32,000 nucleotides of DNA from Sinorhizobium meliloti (GTDB lineage Bacteria; Pseudomonadota; Alphaproteobacteria; Rhizobiales; Rhizobiaceae). Below the pieces are notes generated by a model. It had not been told where the DNA came from. It ran no database searches and saw nothing but the letters and a program-made list of their open reading frames with translations. A program made the position numbers and the translations under genes. Of the stretch, positions 24,444 through 32,000 are shown piece after piece. Each line of letters begins with the position of its first letter. Positions within the stretch are counted from its first letter, which is position 1. The stretch spans positions 3,660,001 through 3,692,000 of the forward strand of contig NZ_JAGIOS010000001.1 of NCBI RefSeq assembly GCF_017876815.1. The letters run 5' to 3'.

Positions 24444-24884
24444 ATGATCTATGTCGATGCCGATGCATGCCCGGTAAAGCCGGAAATCCTGAAGGTGGCC
24501 GAGCGCCATGGTCTCGAGGTGACCTTCGTCGCCAATTCCGGCCTGCGTCCCTCGCGCGATCCGATGGTTCGCAACGTCATCGTGTCGGCCGGTTTCGACG
24601 CAGCGGATGATTGGATCGCCGAACGCGCCAAGGACGGCGATATCGTCGTCACTGCCGACGTGCCGCTTGCCGTGCGCTGCGTCGGCGCCGGGGCACTCGT
24701 CACCGGTCCGACCGGGCGCGTCTTCGACGAGACCAACATCGGCATGGCATCCGCGATGCGCGATCTCTCGGCCCATCTCAGGGAGACCGGGGAAAGCAAA
24801 GGCTACAACGCCGCCCTCACCTCCCGCGACCGCTCCGCCTTTCTCGAAACGCTTGACCGACTCTGCCGACGGGTAAAAAGGTAG
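24444..24884 (+). CDS. YaiI/YqxD family protein (UPF0178, DUF188)
   Basis: ORF track 24444..24884. The N-terminus MIYVDADACPVK is characteristic of the family. Confidence 0.9.
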   Translation: MIYVDADACPVKPEILKVAERHGLEVTFVANSGLRPSRDPMVRNVIVSAGFDAADDWIAERAKDGDIVVTADVPLAVRCVGAGALVTGPTGRVFDETNIGMASAMRDLSAHLRETGESKGYNAALTSRDRSAFLETLDRLCRRVKR

Positions 24885-24906
24885 AACCGGCGAACGGAGG
24901 CGACGA

Positions 24907-25566
24907 ATGGATCGGAAGGCAGGCCTGCGGCACTGGCCGTTCTATCTCGCCCTGACGGGCGGGTTGCTCAGCCTGCCGATCGGTTTTGCATTCTTCCGCG
25001 CAGAAGCAATCGAGGTCGCCGCCATCCTCTTTTTCCTTATCTATCTGTCGATCACGGCTTTGCGGCTTCCCAAACTGACTGGCAGCTATCTCGAGGCCAA
25101 TGCGCGCGACACGGGCGAGCCGGAGCCGATCATCTTTCTCGTGACGCTCGTTGCCGCGGCAACTTCGCTGGTGGCCCTGTTCCTCGCGCTGAACCGCGCC
25201 GGGGGCGGCGGCACTGTGGGGCTGTCCATCGCCTTCGCAGCGGTTGCGCTCGGCTGGGCGACGATCCACACCATGGCGGCGCTGCATTATGCTCATCTTT
25301 ACTGGCTTGCCGGCCGCAATGATCCCGCCAGCAATCCCGCAGCGCGCGGTCTTGCATTCCCGGAGACCGACAGCCCCGGCGGATACGATTTCCTCTATTT
25401 CGCCTTCGTCATCGGGATGACGGCGCAGACTTCGGACGTCGCCATCACGACAACGGCGATGCGCCGCGTCAACCTGATGCACGCGATCGTCTCGTTCTTC
25501 TTCAACACGGTGCTCGTCGCCGCCGCCGTCAATGCCGCGGTTCAGCTTGCAGGCGCCACCCCATGA
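24907..25566 (+). CDS. DUF1345 family membrane protein
   Basis: ORF track 24907..25566. It has multiple TM helices and the motif YDFLYFAFVIGMTAQTSDV. Confidence 0.8.
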   Translation: MDRKAGLRHWPFYLALTGGLLSLPIGFAFFRAEAIEVAAILFFLIYLSITALRLPKLTGSYLEANARDTGEPEPIIFLVTLVAAATSLVALFLALNRAGGGGTVGLSIAFAAVALGWATIHTMAALHYAHLYWLAGRNDPASNPAARGLAFPETDSPGGYDFLYFAFVIGMTAQTSDVAITTTAMRRVNLMHAIVSFFFNTVLVAAAVNAAVQLAGATP

Positions 25567-25582
25567 AATTCAGGAGCCAAGA

Positions 25583-26416
25583 ATGAAAGTAATCTCGCAA
25601 AACACGGCCTTCGGCGGCATGCAGGGCGTCTACGCTCATGATTCCACGGCCTGCAAAGGCGAAATGACCTTCGCCGTCTTCGTCCCGCCGCAGGCGATCA
25701 CGGAGCCTCGCCCCGTTCTCTGGTATCTTTCCGGCCTCACCTGCACCCACGCCAATGTCATGGAGAAAGGCGAGTACCGGCGTATGGCCTCGGAGCTGGG
25801 GCTCATCATCGTCTGCCCGGATACGAGCCCAAGAGGAGCGGATGTTCCCGATGAGCTCACCAACTGGCAGATGGGCAAGGGCGCCGGCTTCTATCTCGAT
25901 GCAACGGAGAAGCCCTGGGCCGAGCACTATCGGATGTACAGCTACATCACAGAAGAACTCCCGGCCCTCGTCGGCCAGCATTTCCGCGTGGATATGGGCC
26001 GCCAGGGTATCTTCGGCCACTCGATGGGCGGGCATGGCGCCATCACGGTCGCTCTCAAGCACCCCGAGCGTTTCAAGAGTTGCTCCGCCTTCGCGCCGAT
26101 CGTCGCGCCGTCTTCCGCCGACTGGTCGGTCGGTGCCTTCGAGAAGTATCTCGGCCCCGATAAGGCCGCCTGGCGGGAATACGATGCCTGCGCCCTCGTC
26201 GAGGACGGCGCCCGCTTCCCGGAATTCCTGATCGACCAGGGCAAGGCGGATAGCTTCCTCGAAAACGGTCTGCGCCCCTGGCTGTTCGAAGAAGCCGTCA
26301 AAGGAACGGACATCGGGCTTACGCTCCGGATGCACGAGCGTTACGACCATTCCTATTATTTCATCTCGACCTTCATGGACGACCATCTCAGGTGGCACGC
26401 CGAGAGGCTCGGCTGA
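25583..26416 (+). CDS. fghA: S-formylglutathione hydrolase (esterase D family)
   Basis: ORF track 25532..26416. A CAGGAG Shine-Dalgarno precedes the ATG at 25583. It has the GHSMGGHGA nucleophile elbow and a C-terminal YDHSYYFI motif. Confidence 0.95.
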   Translation: MKVISQNTAFGGMQGVYAHDSTACKGEMTFAVFVPPQAITEPRPVLWYLSGLTCTHANVMEKGEYRRMASELGLIIVCPDTSPRGADVPDELTNWQMGKGAGFYLDATEKPWAEHYRMYSYITEELPALVGQHFRVDMGRQGIFGHSMGGHGAITVALKHPERFKSCSAFAPIVAPSSADWSVGAFEKYLGPDKAAWREYDACALVEDGARFPEFLIDQGKADSFLENGLRPWLFEEAVKGTDIGLTLRMHERYDHSYYFISTFMDDHLRWHAERLG

Positions 26417-26449
26417 CATGATGCAGCCTTCTCGGATCGGAACGATTTG

Positions 26450-26827
26450 ATGAACCATATCCTCCTCGTCGGTGCCGGCGGCGCCCTCGGCTCCGTCCTG
26501 CGCTACCTCATCGGCCTCTGGATGCTGCAGCGCGCCGGTCCCGCCTTTCCCTGGGGGACGCTGTTCGTGAACGTCACTGGCTCCTTTCTGATCGGTTTTC
26601 TGGCGGAATTCATCATGCACAAGATGGGTGCCTCGCCGGAAATGCGCGTGTTCCTGATCACCGGCGTTCTGGGGGGCTACACGACGTTCTCGGCCTTTTC
26701 GCTCGACGCGATCGCCCTTCTGGAACACGGGCAGACGATGAGTGGCCTCGCCTATATCGTGGCGAGCGTCGGTCTTTCGATACTTGCCGTGTTCGCCGGG
26801 CTGGCCCTGATGCGCGCAATGGTCTAA
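26450..26827 (+). CDS. crcB: fluoride ion channel CrcB/FluC
   Basis: ORF track 26447..26827. It contains GGALGSVLRY, FPWGTLFVNVTGSFLIG and GGYTTFSAF. Confidence 0.95.
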   Translation: MNHILLVGAGGALGSVLRYLIGLWMLQRAGPAFPWGTLFVNVTGSFLIGFLAEFIMHKMGASPEMRVFLITGVLGGYTTFSAFSLDAIALLEHGQTMSGLAYIVASVGLSILAVFAGLALMRAMV

Positions 26828-26865
26828 AGCCAGCCTTTAAGGAAAAGAAGGCGGATTTCTGCAAG

Positions 26866-27858
26866 ATGGCGGGCATAGAACACAGGCAGGTTGACAGCGA
26901 CGAAGCGGGAATGCGTCTCGACCGCTGGTTCAAGGTGCATTTCCCCGGACTGGGCTTCGGTCCGCTGCAGAAGCTGCTGCGTTCCGGACAGATCCGCGTG
27001 GATGGGGCGCGGGCAAAATCCGACACGCGCATACAACCCGGTCAGACGATCCGCATTCCGCCGCTGGGCGTCGATCCGAAGGAAGCGAAATCCGGGCCGA
27101 TCGGAGGCCGTGACCTGCGCCAATCGCCGGACGGCGAGCTTCTGTCGCGCATGGTGCTGCATGAGGATGCCAAGGTCATCGTGCTCAACAAACCGGCGGG
27201 CCTTGCCGTTCAGGGCGGCTCGGGCGTCAACCGGCATATAGACAAGATGCTCGAGGCATGGACCAGCCAGAAGGGCGAAAAGCCGCGCCTCGTCCATCGT
27301 CTCGACCGTGATACGTCGGGCGTACTTGTCGTCGCCCGCACGCGCGGGGCTGCGCAACAGCTGACCGCGGCGTTTCGCGAGCGCGACACCAAGAAGACGT
27401 ACTGGGCTCTGGTCAGGGGCGTGCCGCGCAAGCGGGAAGACAAGATTTCCACCTGGCTCGTAAAGGAGCCCACGCCCGATGGCGACCGTGTTCGGATTGC
27501 CAAGCACGGCGAGGATGGCGCCGACCACGCCATCTCCTATTACCGGATCGTCGAGCAAGCCGGCCAGAACCTCGCCTGGCTGGAAATGGAACCCTATACC
27601 GGCCGCACGCACCAGCTGCGCGTCCACGCCGCCCATATCGGCCATCCGATCATCGGCGATCCGAAATACTTCGAAGCCGACGTCAACTGGACCTTCCCCG
27701 GCGGCATGCAGAACCGGCTGCATCTTCACGCGCGGCACATAGACATTCCGCATCCGAACGGCGGGCGGCTGAAGATCACCGCTCCCCTGCCCCAGCACAT
27801 GGTGCAGAGCTGGAACCTGCTCGGCTTCGACGAGAACGCCGCCGGCGAGGAAGAGTGA
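26866..27858 (+). CDS. rluC: RluA-family 23S rRNA pseudouridine synthase (RluC/D-like) with an S4 domain
   Basis: ORF track 26866..27858. It has an S4-like N-terminus (RLDRWF) and the catalytic HRLDRDTSGVLV motif. Confidence 0.85.
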   Translation: MAGIEHRQVDSDEAGMRLDRWFKVHFPGLGFGPLQKLLRSGQIRVDGARAKSDTRIQPGQTIRIPPLGVDPKEAKSGPIGGRDLRQSPDGELLSRMVLHEDAKVIVLNKPAGLAVQGGSGVNRHIDKMLEAWTSQKGEKPRLVHRLDRDTSGVLVVARTRGAAQQLTAAFRERDTKKTYWALVRGVPRKREDKISTWLVKEPTPDGDRVRIAKHGEDGADHAISYYRIVEQAGQNLAWLEMEPYTGRTHQLRVHAAHIGHPIIGDPKYFEADVNWTFPGGMQNRLHLHARHIDIPHPNGGRLKITAPLPQHMVQSWNLLGFDENAAGEEE

Positions 27859-28523
27859 TGAAGCTCGTCCTTTTCGATTGCGACGGAACGCTCGTCGACA
27901 GCGCGGGACTGATCCATGAGGTAATGGCCCGCACCTTCGAGGCGTTCGATCTGGATCGCCCGACATCGGACGCGACCAAGGCGATCATCGGCCTCACCCT
28001 CGATATCGCGATTGCCCGGCTCATGGGGCAGGAACACGTCGACGACCGGGCGACCGCAATGACGGCGCATTACAAATCTATATTCGCTTCGGTACGAGGC
28101 GAGCCCGGCTGCAGCGAAGCGCTGTTTCCGGGCATTGCGGAGATGATGCAGACTCTGGCCGGACGCGACGAACTGCTGATCGGTGCCGTCACCGGCAAAT
28201 CGAGGCGAGGTCTGACGCATATCGCGGCGACGCATGGATTCGACAAGATTTTCTTCGTCTCCCGCACTGCGGACGACTGTCCCTCGAAGCCGCATCCCGC
28301 CATGGTGATGGAGTGCTGCGCGGAAGCCGGAGTCGATCCCCGCGACACGATCGTGATCGGCGACGCGATCTATGACATGCAGATGGCGAAGGCCGCCGGC
28401 GCCGATGCCCTGGGCGTCGCCTGGGGTTACGCCAGTGTGCCGGAGCTGATGGTATCCGGCGCGGATCACATCGCCCGCGTGCCGGCAGACATAATCGAAT
28501 GGATGGACCGCAACCATGCCTGA
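27858..28523 (+). CDS. HAD-superfamily hydrolase (phosphoglycolate phosphatase-like)
   Basis: ORF track 27855..28523. It has the DxDGT motif (LFDCDGTLVDS) and a late GDAIYDM motif. Its start overlaps the rluC stop codon. Confidence 0.85.
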   Translation: MKLVLFDCDGTLVDSAGLIHEVMARTFEAFDLDRPTSDATKAIIGLTLDIAIARLMGQEHVDDRATAMTAHYKSIFASVRGEPGCSEALFPGIAEMMQTLAGRDELLIGAVTGKSRRGLTHIAATHGFDKIFFVSRTADDCPSKPHPAMVMECCAEAGVDPRDTIVIGDAIYDMQMAKAAGADALGVAWGYASVPELMVSGADHIARVPADIIEWMDRNHA

Positions 28524-29301
28524 TATTCGCGACGAACTGAGTGGTGCGCTGAGCCACGACGATCCCGTGCGCCGGGCCCAGATACAGATGCAGAAACCGC
28601 TGCCGAAACGCTTCTACAAGCAGGCGAGCGCCGCACCGGCGGATGACGGCGGATACGCCGTGCTTCTCGACGGAAGGTCGGTGCGCACACCGGCCAAACG
28701 GGCGTTCACCGTCCCTACCGAAAAGCTCGCGGGGCTGCTGGCAGCCGAGTGGGACGCCCAGACCGACGTTATCGATCCATCGGCGATGCCGCTCACGCGG
28801 ATCGTCAACACCGCGATCGACGGAGTTGCGCTCGACGATCGTGCGGTCTTCGACGACATTCTCCGTTTTGTCGGCAGCGATCTCCTCTGCTATCGGGCCG
28901 ACAGCCCGAAGGAACTCGTCGCTCGGCAGAACGAACACTGGAATCCGATAATCGACTGGGCCGCCCGGACGCTCGGCGCCCGGTTCATTCTCGTCGAAGG
29001 CGTCATCCATCAGGAACAGCCGGCGGAGGCGGTCTCGGCCTTTGCCGAAGGCCTGCGCGGCTTTGCGACACCCCTCGGCCTCGCCTGCCTGCACACCGTC
29101 ACCAGCCTGACCGGATCCGCCCTGCTCGCCCTTGCCCTCGCCATGGGCAGGCTCTCCGCCGAACAGGCATGGGCTGCCGCTCATGTCGACGAGGATTGGC
29201 AGATCGAACAGTGGGGAACAGACGAAGAGGCATTCAGACGCCGCGAAAACCGCTGGCGGGAAATGCTGGCTGCCGCGGTCGTGCTCGACGCGCTGAAGTG
29301 A
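28516..29301 (+). CDS. ATP12 family F1-ATPase assembly chaperone
   Basis: ORF track 28516..29301. It contains KRFYKQASA...YAVLLDGRSVRTPAKR...LAAEWDAQ. It overlaps the preceding gene by 8 nt. Confidence 0.85.
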   Translation: MPDIRDELSGALSHDDPVRRAQIQMQKPLPKRFYKQASAAPADDGGYAVLLDGRSVRTPAKRAFTVPTEKLAGLLAAEWDAQTDVIDPSAMPLTRIVNTAIDGVALDDRAVFDDILRFVGSDLLCYRADSPKELVARQNEHWNPIIDWAARTLGARFILVEGVIHQEQPAEAVSAFAEGLRGFATPLGLACLHTVTSLTGSALLALALAMGRLSAEQAWAAAHVDEDWQIEQWGTDEEAFRRRENRWREMLAAAVVLDALK

Positions 29302-29317
29302 CGATGACGGTGGCTCG

Positions 29318-29400
29318 CCCCTCATCCGCCTGCCGGCACGTTCTCCCCGTTTTAGAGCCCCGCTTGCGGGGAAAAGGTGGCCGGCAGGCCGGATGAGGGG
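29318..29400. repeat. REP-like unit as a complete palindrome between convergent genes
   Basis: cccctcatccgcctgccggcacgttctccccg (29318-29349) pairs with cggggaaaaggtggccggcaggccggatgagggg (29367-29400). It is the same family as 6694-7048. Confidence 0.85.
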
Positions 29401-29423
29401 CCGAATCTCAGTGGTCGAACCCG

Positions 29424-29738
29424 TCAGCCGACGAGCTTCAGACCGGCGATGCCCGCGACGATGAGGCCGATGCAGCCGAGGCGCATCGCCGTTGCGGGCT
29501 CTGCGAACAAAATGATGCCGAGAATGACCGTACCCACGGTGCCGATCCCCGTCCAGACGGCATAGGCCGTGCCGAGCGGCAGCGAACGCACCGCTATTCC
29601 GAGCAGAACGACGCTCAGGATCATCGACCCGACCGTCAGCACAGTCGGCGTGAACCGCGTAAATCCATCCGTGTATTTGAGACCGATCGCCCAACCGATT
29701 TCGAGAATTCCGGCGAGCAACAGCGTGAACCAGGCCAT
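29424..29738 (-). CDS. sugE: SMR family guanidinium exporter (SugE/Gdx)
   Basis: This is the C-terminal 104 aa of ORF 29424..29939, [23 protein letters not shown]...AYAVWTGIG..., closely resembling E. coli SugE. An AAGGAG Shine-Dalgarno lies 7 nt upstream of the ATG (complement of 29736-29738). Confidence 0.9.
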   Translation of the reverse strand: MAWFTLLLAGILEIGWAIGLKYTDGFTRFTPTVLTVGSMILSVVLLGIAVRSLPLGTAYAVWTGIGTVGTVILGIILFAEPATAMRLGCIGLIVAGIAGLKLVG

Positions 29739-29758
29739 TTCGAACTCCTTCATGTGGA

Positions 29759-29811
29759 GCGAGGCCGTCCCCGCGGAAGTTCGGATCCATTCGATCCGTG
29801 CAGCCGTCTGC
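29759..29811 (-). ncRNA. candidate guanidine-II (mini-ykkC) riboswitch
   Basis: The minus-strand RNA has two hairpins with ACGG tetraloops, 25 nt apart: GCAG-ACGG-CUGC (29800-29811) and GCGGGG-ACGG-CCUCGC (29759-29774). The second hairpin ends about 10 nt before the sugE Shine-Dalgarno. The first stem is only 4 bp. Confidence 0.4.
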
Positions 29812-29902
29812 GATGTGATCCTTCTATGCCACGGGCTCATCCGGACAGCAAGGCATCCTCTGGCACGGCAGCCCTGCTGGCGTGACAGAGCTGGATCGGC
29901 CC

Positions 29903-31213
29903 TCACGAATTCCGGTCGCGCCGAAGCTTGTTCCACCACTCCAGCCGCTTGCGGATCTCGCGTTCGAAGCCGCGCTCCGGAGGGTCGTAAAAGGTCTTTC
30001 TGCCCATCTTCTCGGGGAAATAATCCTGGCCGGAAAATGCGTCGGGCTCGTCATGATCGTAGCGATAGCCCTCGCCGTAGCCTTCCCCCTTCATGAGCTT
30101 CGTCGGAGCGTTGAGAATGTGCTTCGGCGGCAGCAGAGATCCGTTCTCCTTGGCCGCGCGCATCGCCGCCTTGTAGGCGGTATAGACCGCGTTGGACTTC
30201 GGCGCCGTGGCGAGATAGACGCAGGCCTCTGCAAGAGCCAGTTCCCCTTCGGGGGACCCGAGATAATCATAGGCATCCTTGGCGGCATTGCAGATCGCCA
30301 GTGCCTGCGGATCGGCGAGGCCGATATCCTCGACCGCCATCCGCACGAGCCGTCTGCCTATATAGAGCGGATCCTCCCCGGCATCGAACATGCGGCAGAG
30401 ATAATAGAGCGCCGCGTCCGGATCGGACCCCCGAACGGACTTATGAAGCGCCGAGATCAGGTTGTAATGACCGTCCTGGCCCTTGTCGTATACCGGCGCG
30501 CGGCGCTGGACGATCTCCTGAAGCCCGGCGGAATCGAATATCTCCTCCCGGCGCGCCGCCCGCCATACCTCTTCCGCGAGCGTCAGCACCGCCCGGCCGT
30601 CCCCGTCCGCCATGCGGATCAGGCTGGCGCGAGCCTCGTCATCCAGCGGCAGCGGTTTGCCCTCGGCCGCCTCGGCCCGCTTCAGGAGTTCCTCGAGGCT
30701 GGCTTCGTCATGCGGCTTGAACGTCAAGACGCGGGCCCGCGACAAAAGCGCGGCGTTAAGCTCGAAAGACGGATTCTCGGTGGTGGCGCCGACCAGGATG
30801 ACCGTGCCATCCTCCATGACCGGCAGGAAGCTGTCCTGCTGCGCCCGGTTGAACCGGTGGATCTCGTCGACGAAAAGCAGCGTCTGGCGCCCCGACATGC
30901 GCCGGGCGCGGGCAGATTCGAACACCTTCTTGAGGTCCGCAACACCGGAGAAGATTGCCGAAATCTGCTCGAATGCGAGACCTGCCTCGCCTGAAAGCAG
31001 GCGGGCAACCGTTGTCTTGCCGGTTCCCGGTGGGCCCCAGAAGATCATCGATCCGAGGGATCCGGAAGCGATCATCCGTGTGAGCACGCCGTCCGGGCCG
31101 GTCAGATGCTCCTGGCCCGTCACCTCCGCCAGCGTGCGCGGGCGCAGGCGATCCGCAAGCGGCCTTGCCGAGGCCATTTCCGGAGGCTCATGGGGGGCGA
31201 AGAGGTCGCTCAT
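29903..31213 (-). CDS. rarA: replication-associated recombination protein A (AAA+ ATPase)
   Basis: ORF track 29903..31213. It has Walker A (GPPGTGKTT) and Walker B ([10 protein letters not shown]) motifs and the MgsA C-terminal domain. Confidence 0.95.
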   Translation of the reverse strand: MSDLFAPHEPPEMASARPLADRLRPRTLAEVTGQEHLTGPDGVLTRMIASGSLGSMIFWGPPGTGKTTVARLLSGEAGLAFEQISAIFSGVADLKKVFESARARRMSGRQTLLFVDEIHRFNRAQQDSFLPVMEDGTVILVGATTENPSFELNAALLSRARVLTFKPHDEASLEELLKRAEAAEGKPLPLDDEARASLIRMADGDGRAVLTLAEEVWRAARREEIFDSAGLQEIVQRRAPVYDKGQDGHYNLISALHKSVRGSDPDAALYYLCRMFDAGEDPLYIGRRLVRMAVEDIGLADPQALAICNAAKDAYDYLGSPEGELALAEACVYLATAPKSNAVYTAYKAAMRAAKENGSLLPPKHILNAPTKLMKGEGYGEGYRYDHDEPDAFSGQDYFPEKMGRKTFYDPPERGFEREIRKRLEWWNKLRRDRNS

Positions 31214-32000
31214 CGGAAGAACTGACGGATGATCTGACCGTTGCGCTCGATCTCGACACGCCAGAAGGAGGCATCCTCGGCGACGACGCTTTCCAGCGTC
31301 TTCGAACTGTCGATTGCCGTCCCGTTGACCGAACGAACGATGTCCTTCGGTTCCAGGCCGATACGCGCAGCCGGCGAGCCGCGATTGATCTCCGTGATGA
31401 CCACGCCCTGCAGCGACGTGGGCATGCGCAACTCGTCCGCAAGCCGGGGCGAGAGATTTGCCACGACAGCGCCGGCGAAGGGATTGCGCCCCTCGATCAG
31501 CCGTTCGTCTCGTGGCTGCGTTTCCGGCGCCCGCTCAAGCTTGAGGGTGATTTCGCGTGCACCGCCGTTTTCCGAAATCGTCACACGCGCCTCGTGACCG
31601 ATCCCCACGGTGGTCAGACGATAGCCGAGCGCATCGGGGTGTTCGACCGGAATGCCGTTGACGGCGGTGACCACCTGTCCGGGGCGCATGCCGGCGCTCT
31701 CGGCCGGACCGCCTGCGACGACCGCCGTCACCAGCGCCCCGCGCGCCCGCTCAAGCCCAAGCGCCTCGGCCACGTCGGAGGTCACCGGCTCGAAGGTCGC
31801 GCCGACGAAGGGACGGATGAACGAGCCGTTGCCTCCTTCAGCGGAGGCAACGAAAACCTTGACCAGGTTGGCGGGGATCGCAAAGCCCACACCGTTGGAA
31901 CCGCCGCCTCTCGAAAAAATCGCAGTATTGATGCCGATCAACTCGCCCTTCATGTTGATCAGGCCGCCGCCGGAATTGCCCGGATTGATCGCCGCATCCG
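31210..32000 (-). CDS. DegP/HtrA (Do) family serine endoprotease, C-terminal part (gene continues past the right edge)
   Basis: ORF track 31210..31953, but the frame stays open to 32000. My translation of the edge is DAAINPGNSGGGLINMKGELIGINTAI, which contains the catalytic GNSGG motif. Two PDZ-like domains follow. There is a 4-nt overlap with the rarA start. Confidence 0.9.
   Translation of the reverse strand, partial: DAAINPGNSGGGLINMKGELIGINTAIFSRGGGSNGVGFAIPANLVKVFVASAEGGNGSFIRPFVGATFEPVTSDVAEALGLERARGALVTAVVAGGPAESAGMRPGQVVTAVNGIPVEHPDALGYRLTTVGIGHEARVTISENGGAREITLKLERAPETQPRDERLIEGRNPFAGAVVANLSPRLADELRMPTSLQGVVITEINRGSPAARIGLEPKDIVRSVNGTAIDSSKTLESVVAEDASFWRVEIERNGQIIRQFFR

Noticed and set aside
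26417-26449. Fluoride riboswitch upstream of crcB
   Set aside because: Only about 30 nt separate the fghA stop from the crcB start. This is too short for the crcB motif, and none of its conserved segments is visible.
28189-29790. 533-aa minus-strand ORF spanning the HAD, ATP12, repeat and sugE regions
   Set aside because: It crosses three independently supported genes and a palindromic repeat. Its composition is extremely Arg-rich. The same reasoning rejects 29882..30994 (plus strand), opposite rarA.
29739-29902. Guanidine-I (ykkC) or guanidine-III riboswitch upstream of sugE
   Set aside because: The segment CCGGAUGAG...AGACGGC superficially resembles part of the guanidine-III consensus. 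However, the pseudoknot pairings do not close, and the guanidine-I conserved blocks are absent. Only the guanidine-II architecture fits, and it is reported separately.

Overview
High-GC alphaproteobacterial chromosome segment. Gene content and the intergenic repeat families suggest Rhizobiaceae, possibly Sinorhizobium/Ensifer-like; this is inference from memory, not a search. I support about 33 protein genes, one tRNA-Leu(GAG), several intrinsic terminators and three intergenic repeat families. The genes are mostly core housekeeping or stress genes: sdaA, mgtE, lipB, adhC/fghA formaldehyde detoxification, crcB, rluC, rarA, a DegP-like protease and a DD-carboxypeptidase with a SPOR domain. I see no transposase, phage, CRISPR or recognisable defence genes, so this looks like an ordinary core region and not an accessory island. 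Points worth a second look: (1) a PAS_5 - PilZ - LapG-like BTLCP protease - single-pass membrane protein cluster with no LapD or LapA partner in the window. (2) Two exact GGAAC-N17-CGTT (EcfG/RpoE2-type general stress) promoter motifs, one driving prkA-yeaH-spoVR and one driving a convergent small membrane protein. A weaker third motif sits upstream of an untracked 33-aa hydrophobic ORF. (3) A peptide-deformylase paralog that lacks two of three metal ligands. (4) A candidate guanidine-II (mini-ykkC) riboswitch upstream of sugE/gdx. (5) A 417-bp MITE-like element with perfect 26-bp terminal inverted repeats. (6) Modular RIME-like and REP-like palindromic repeats. All functional calls come from motif recognition in the translations and from reading the DNA by eye. 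No database search was run.
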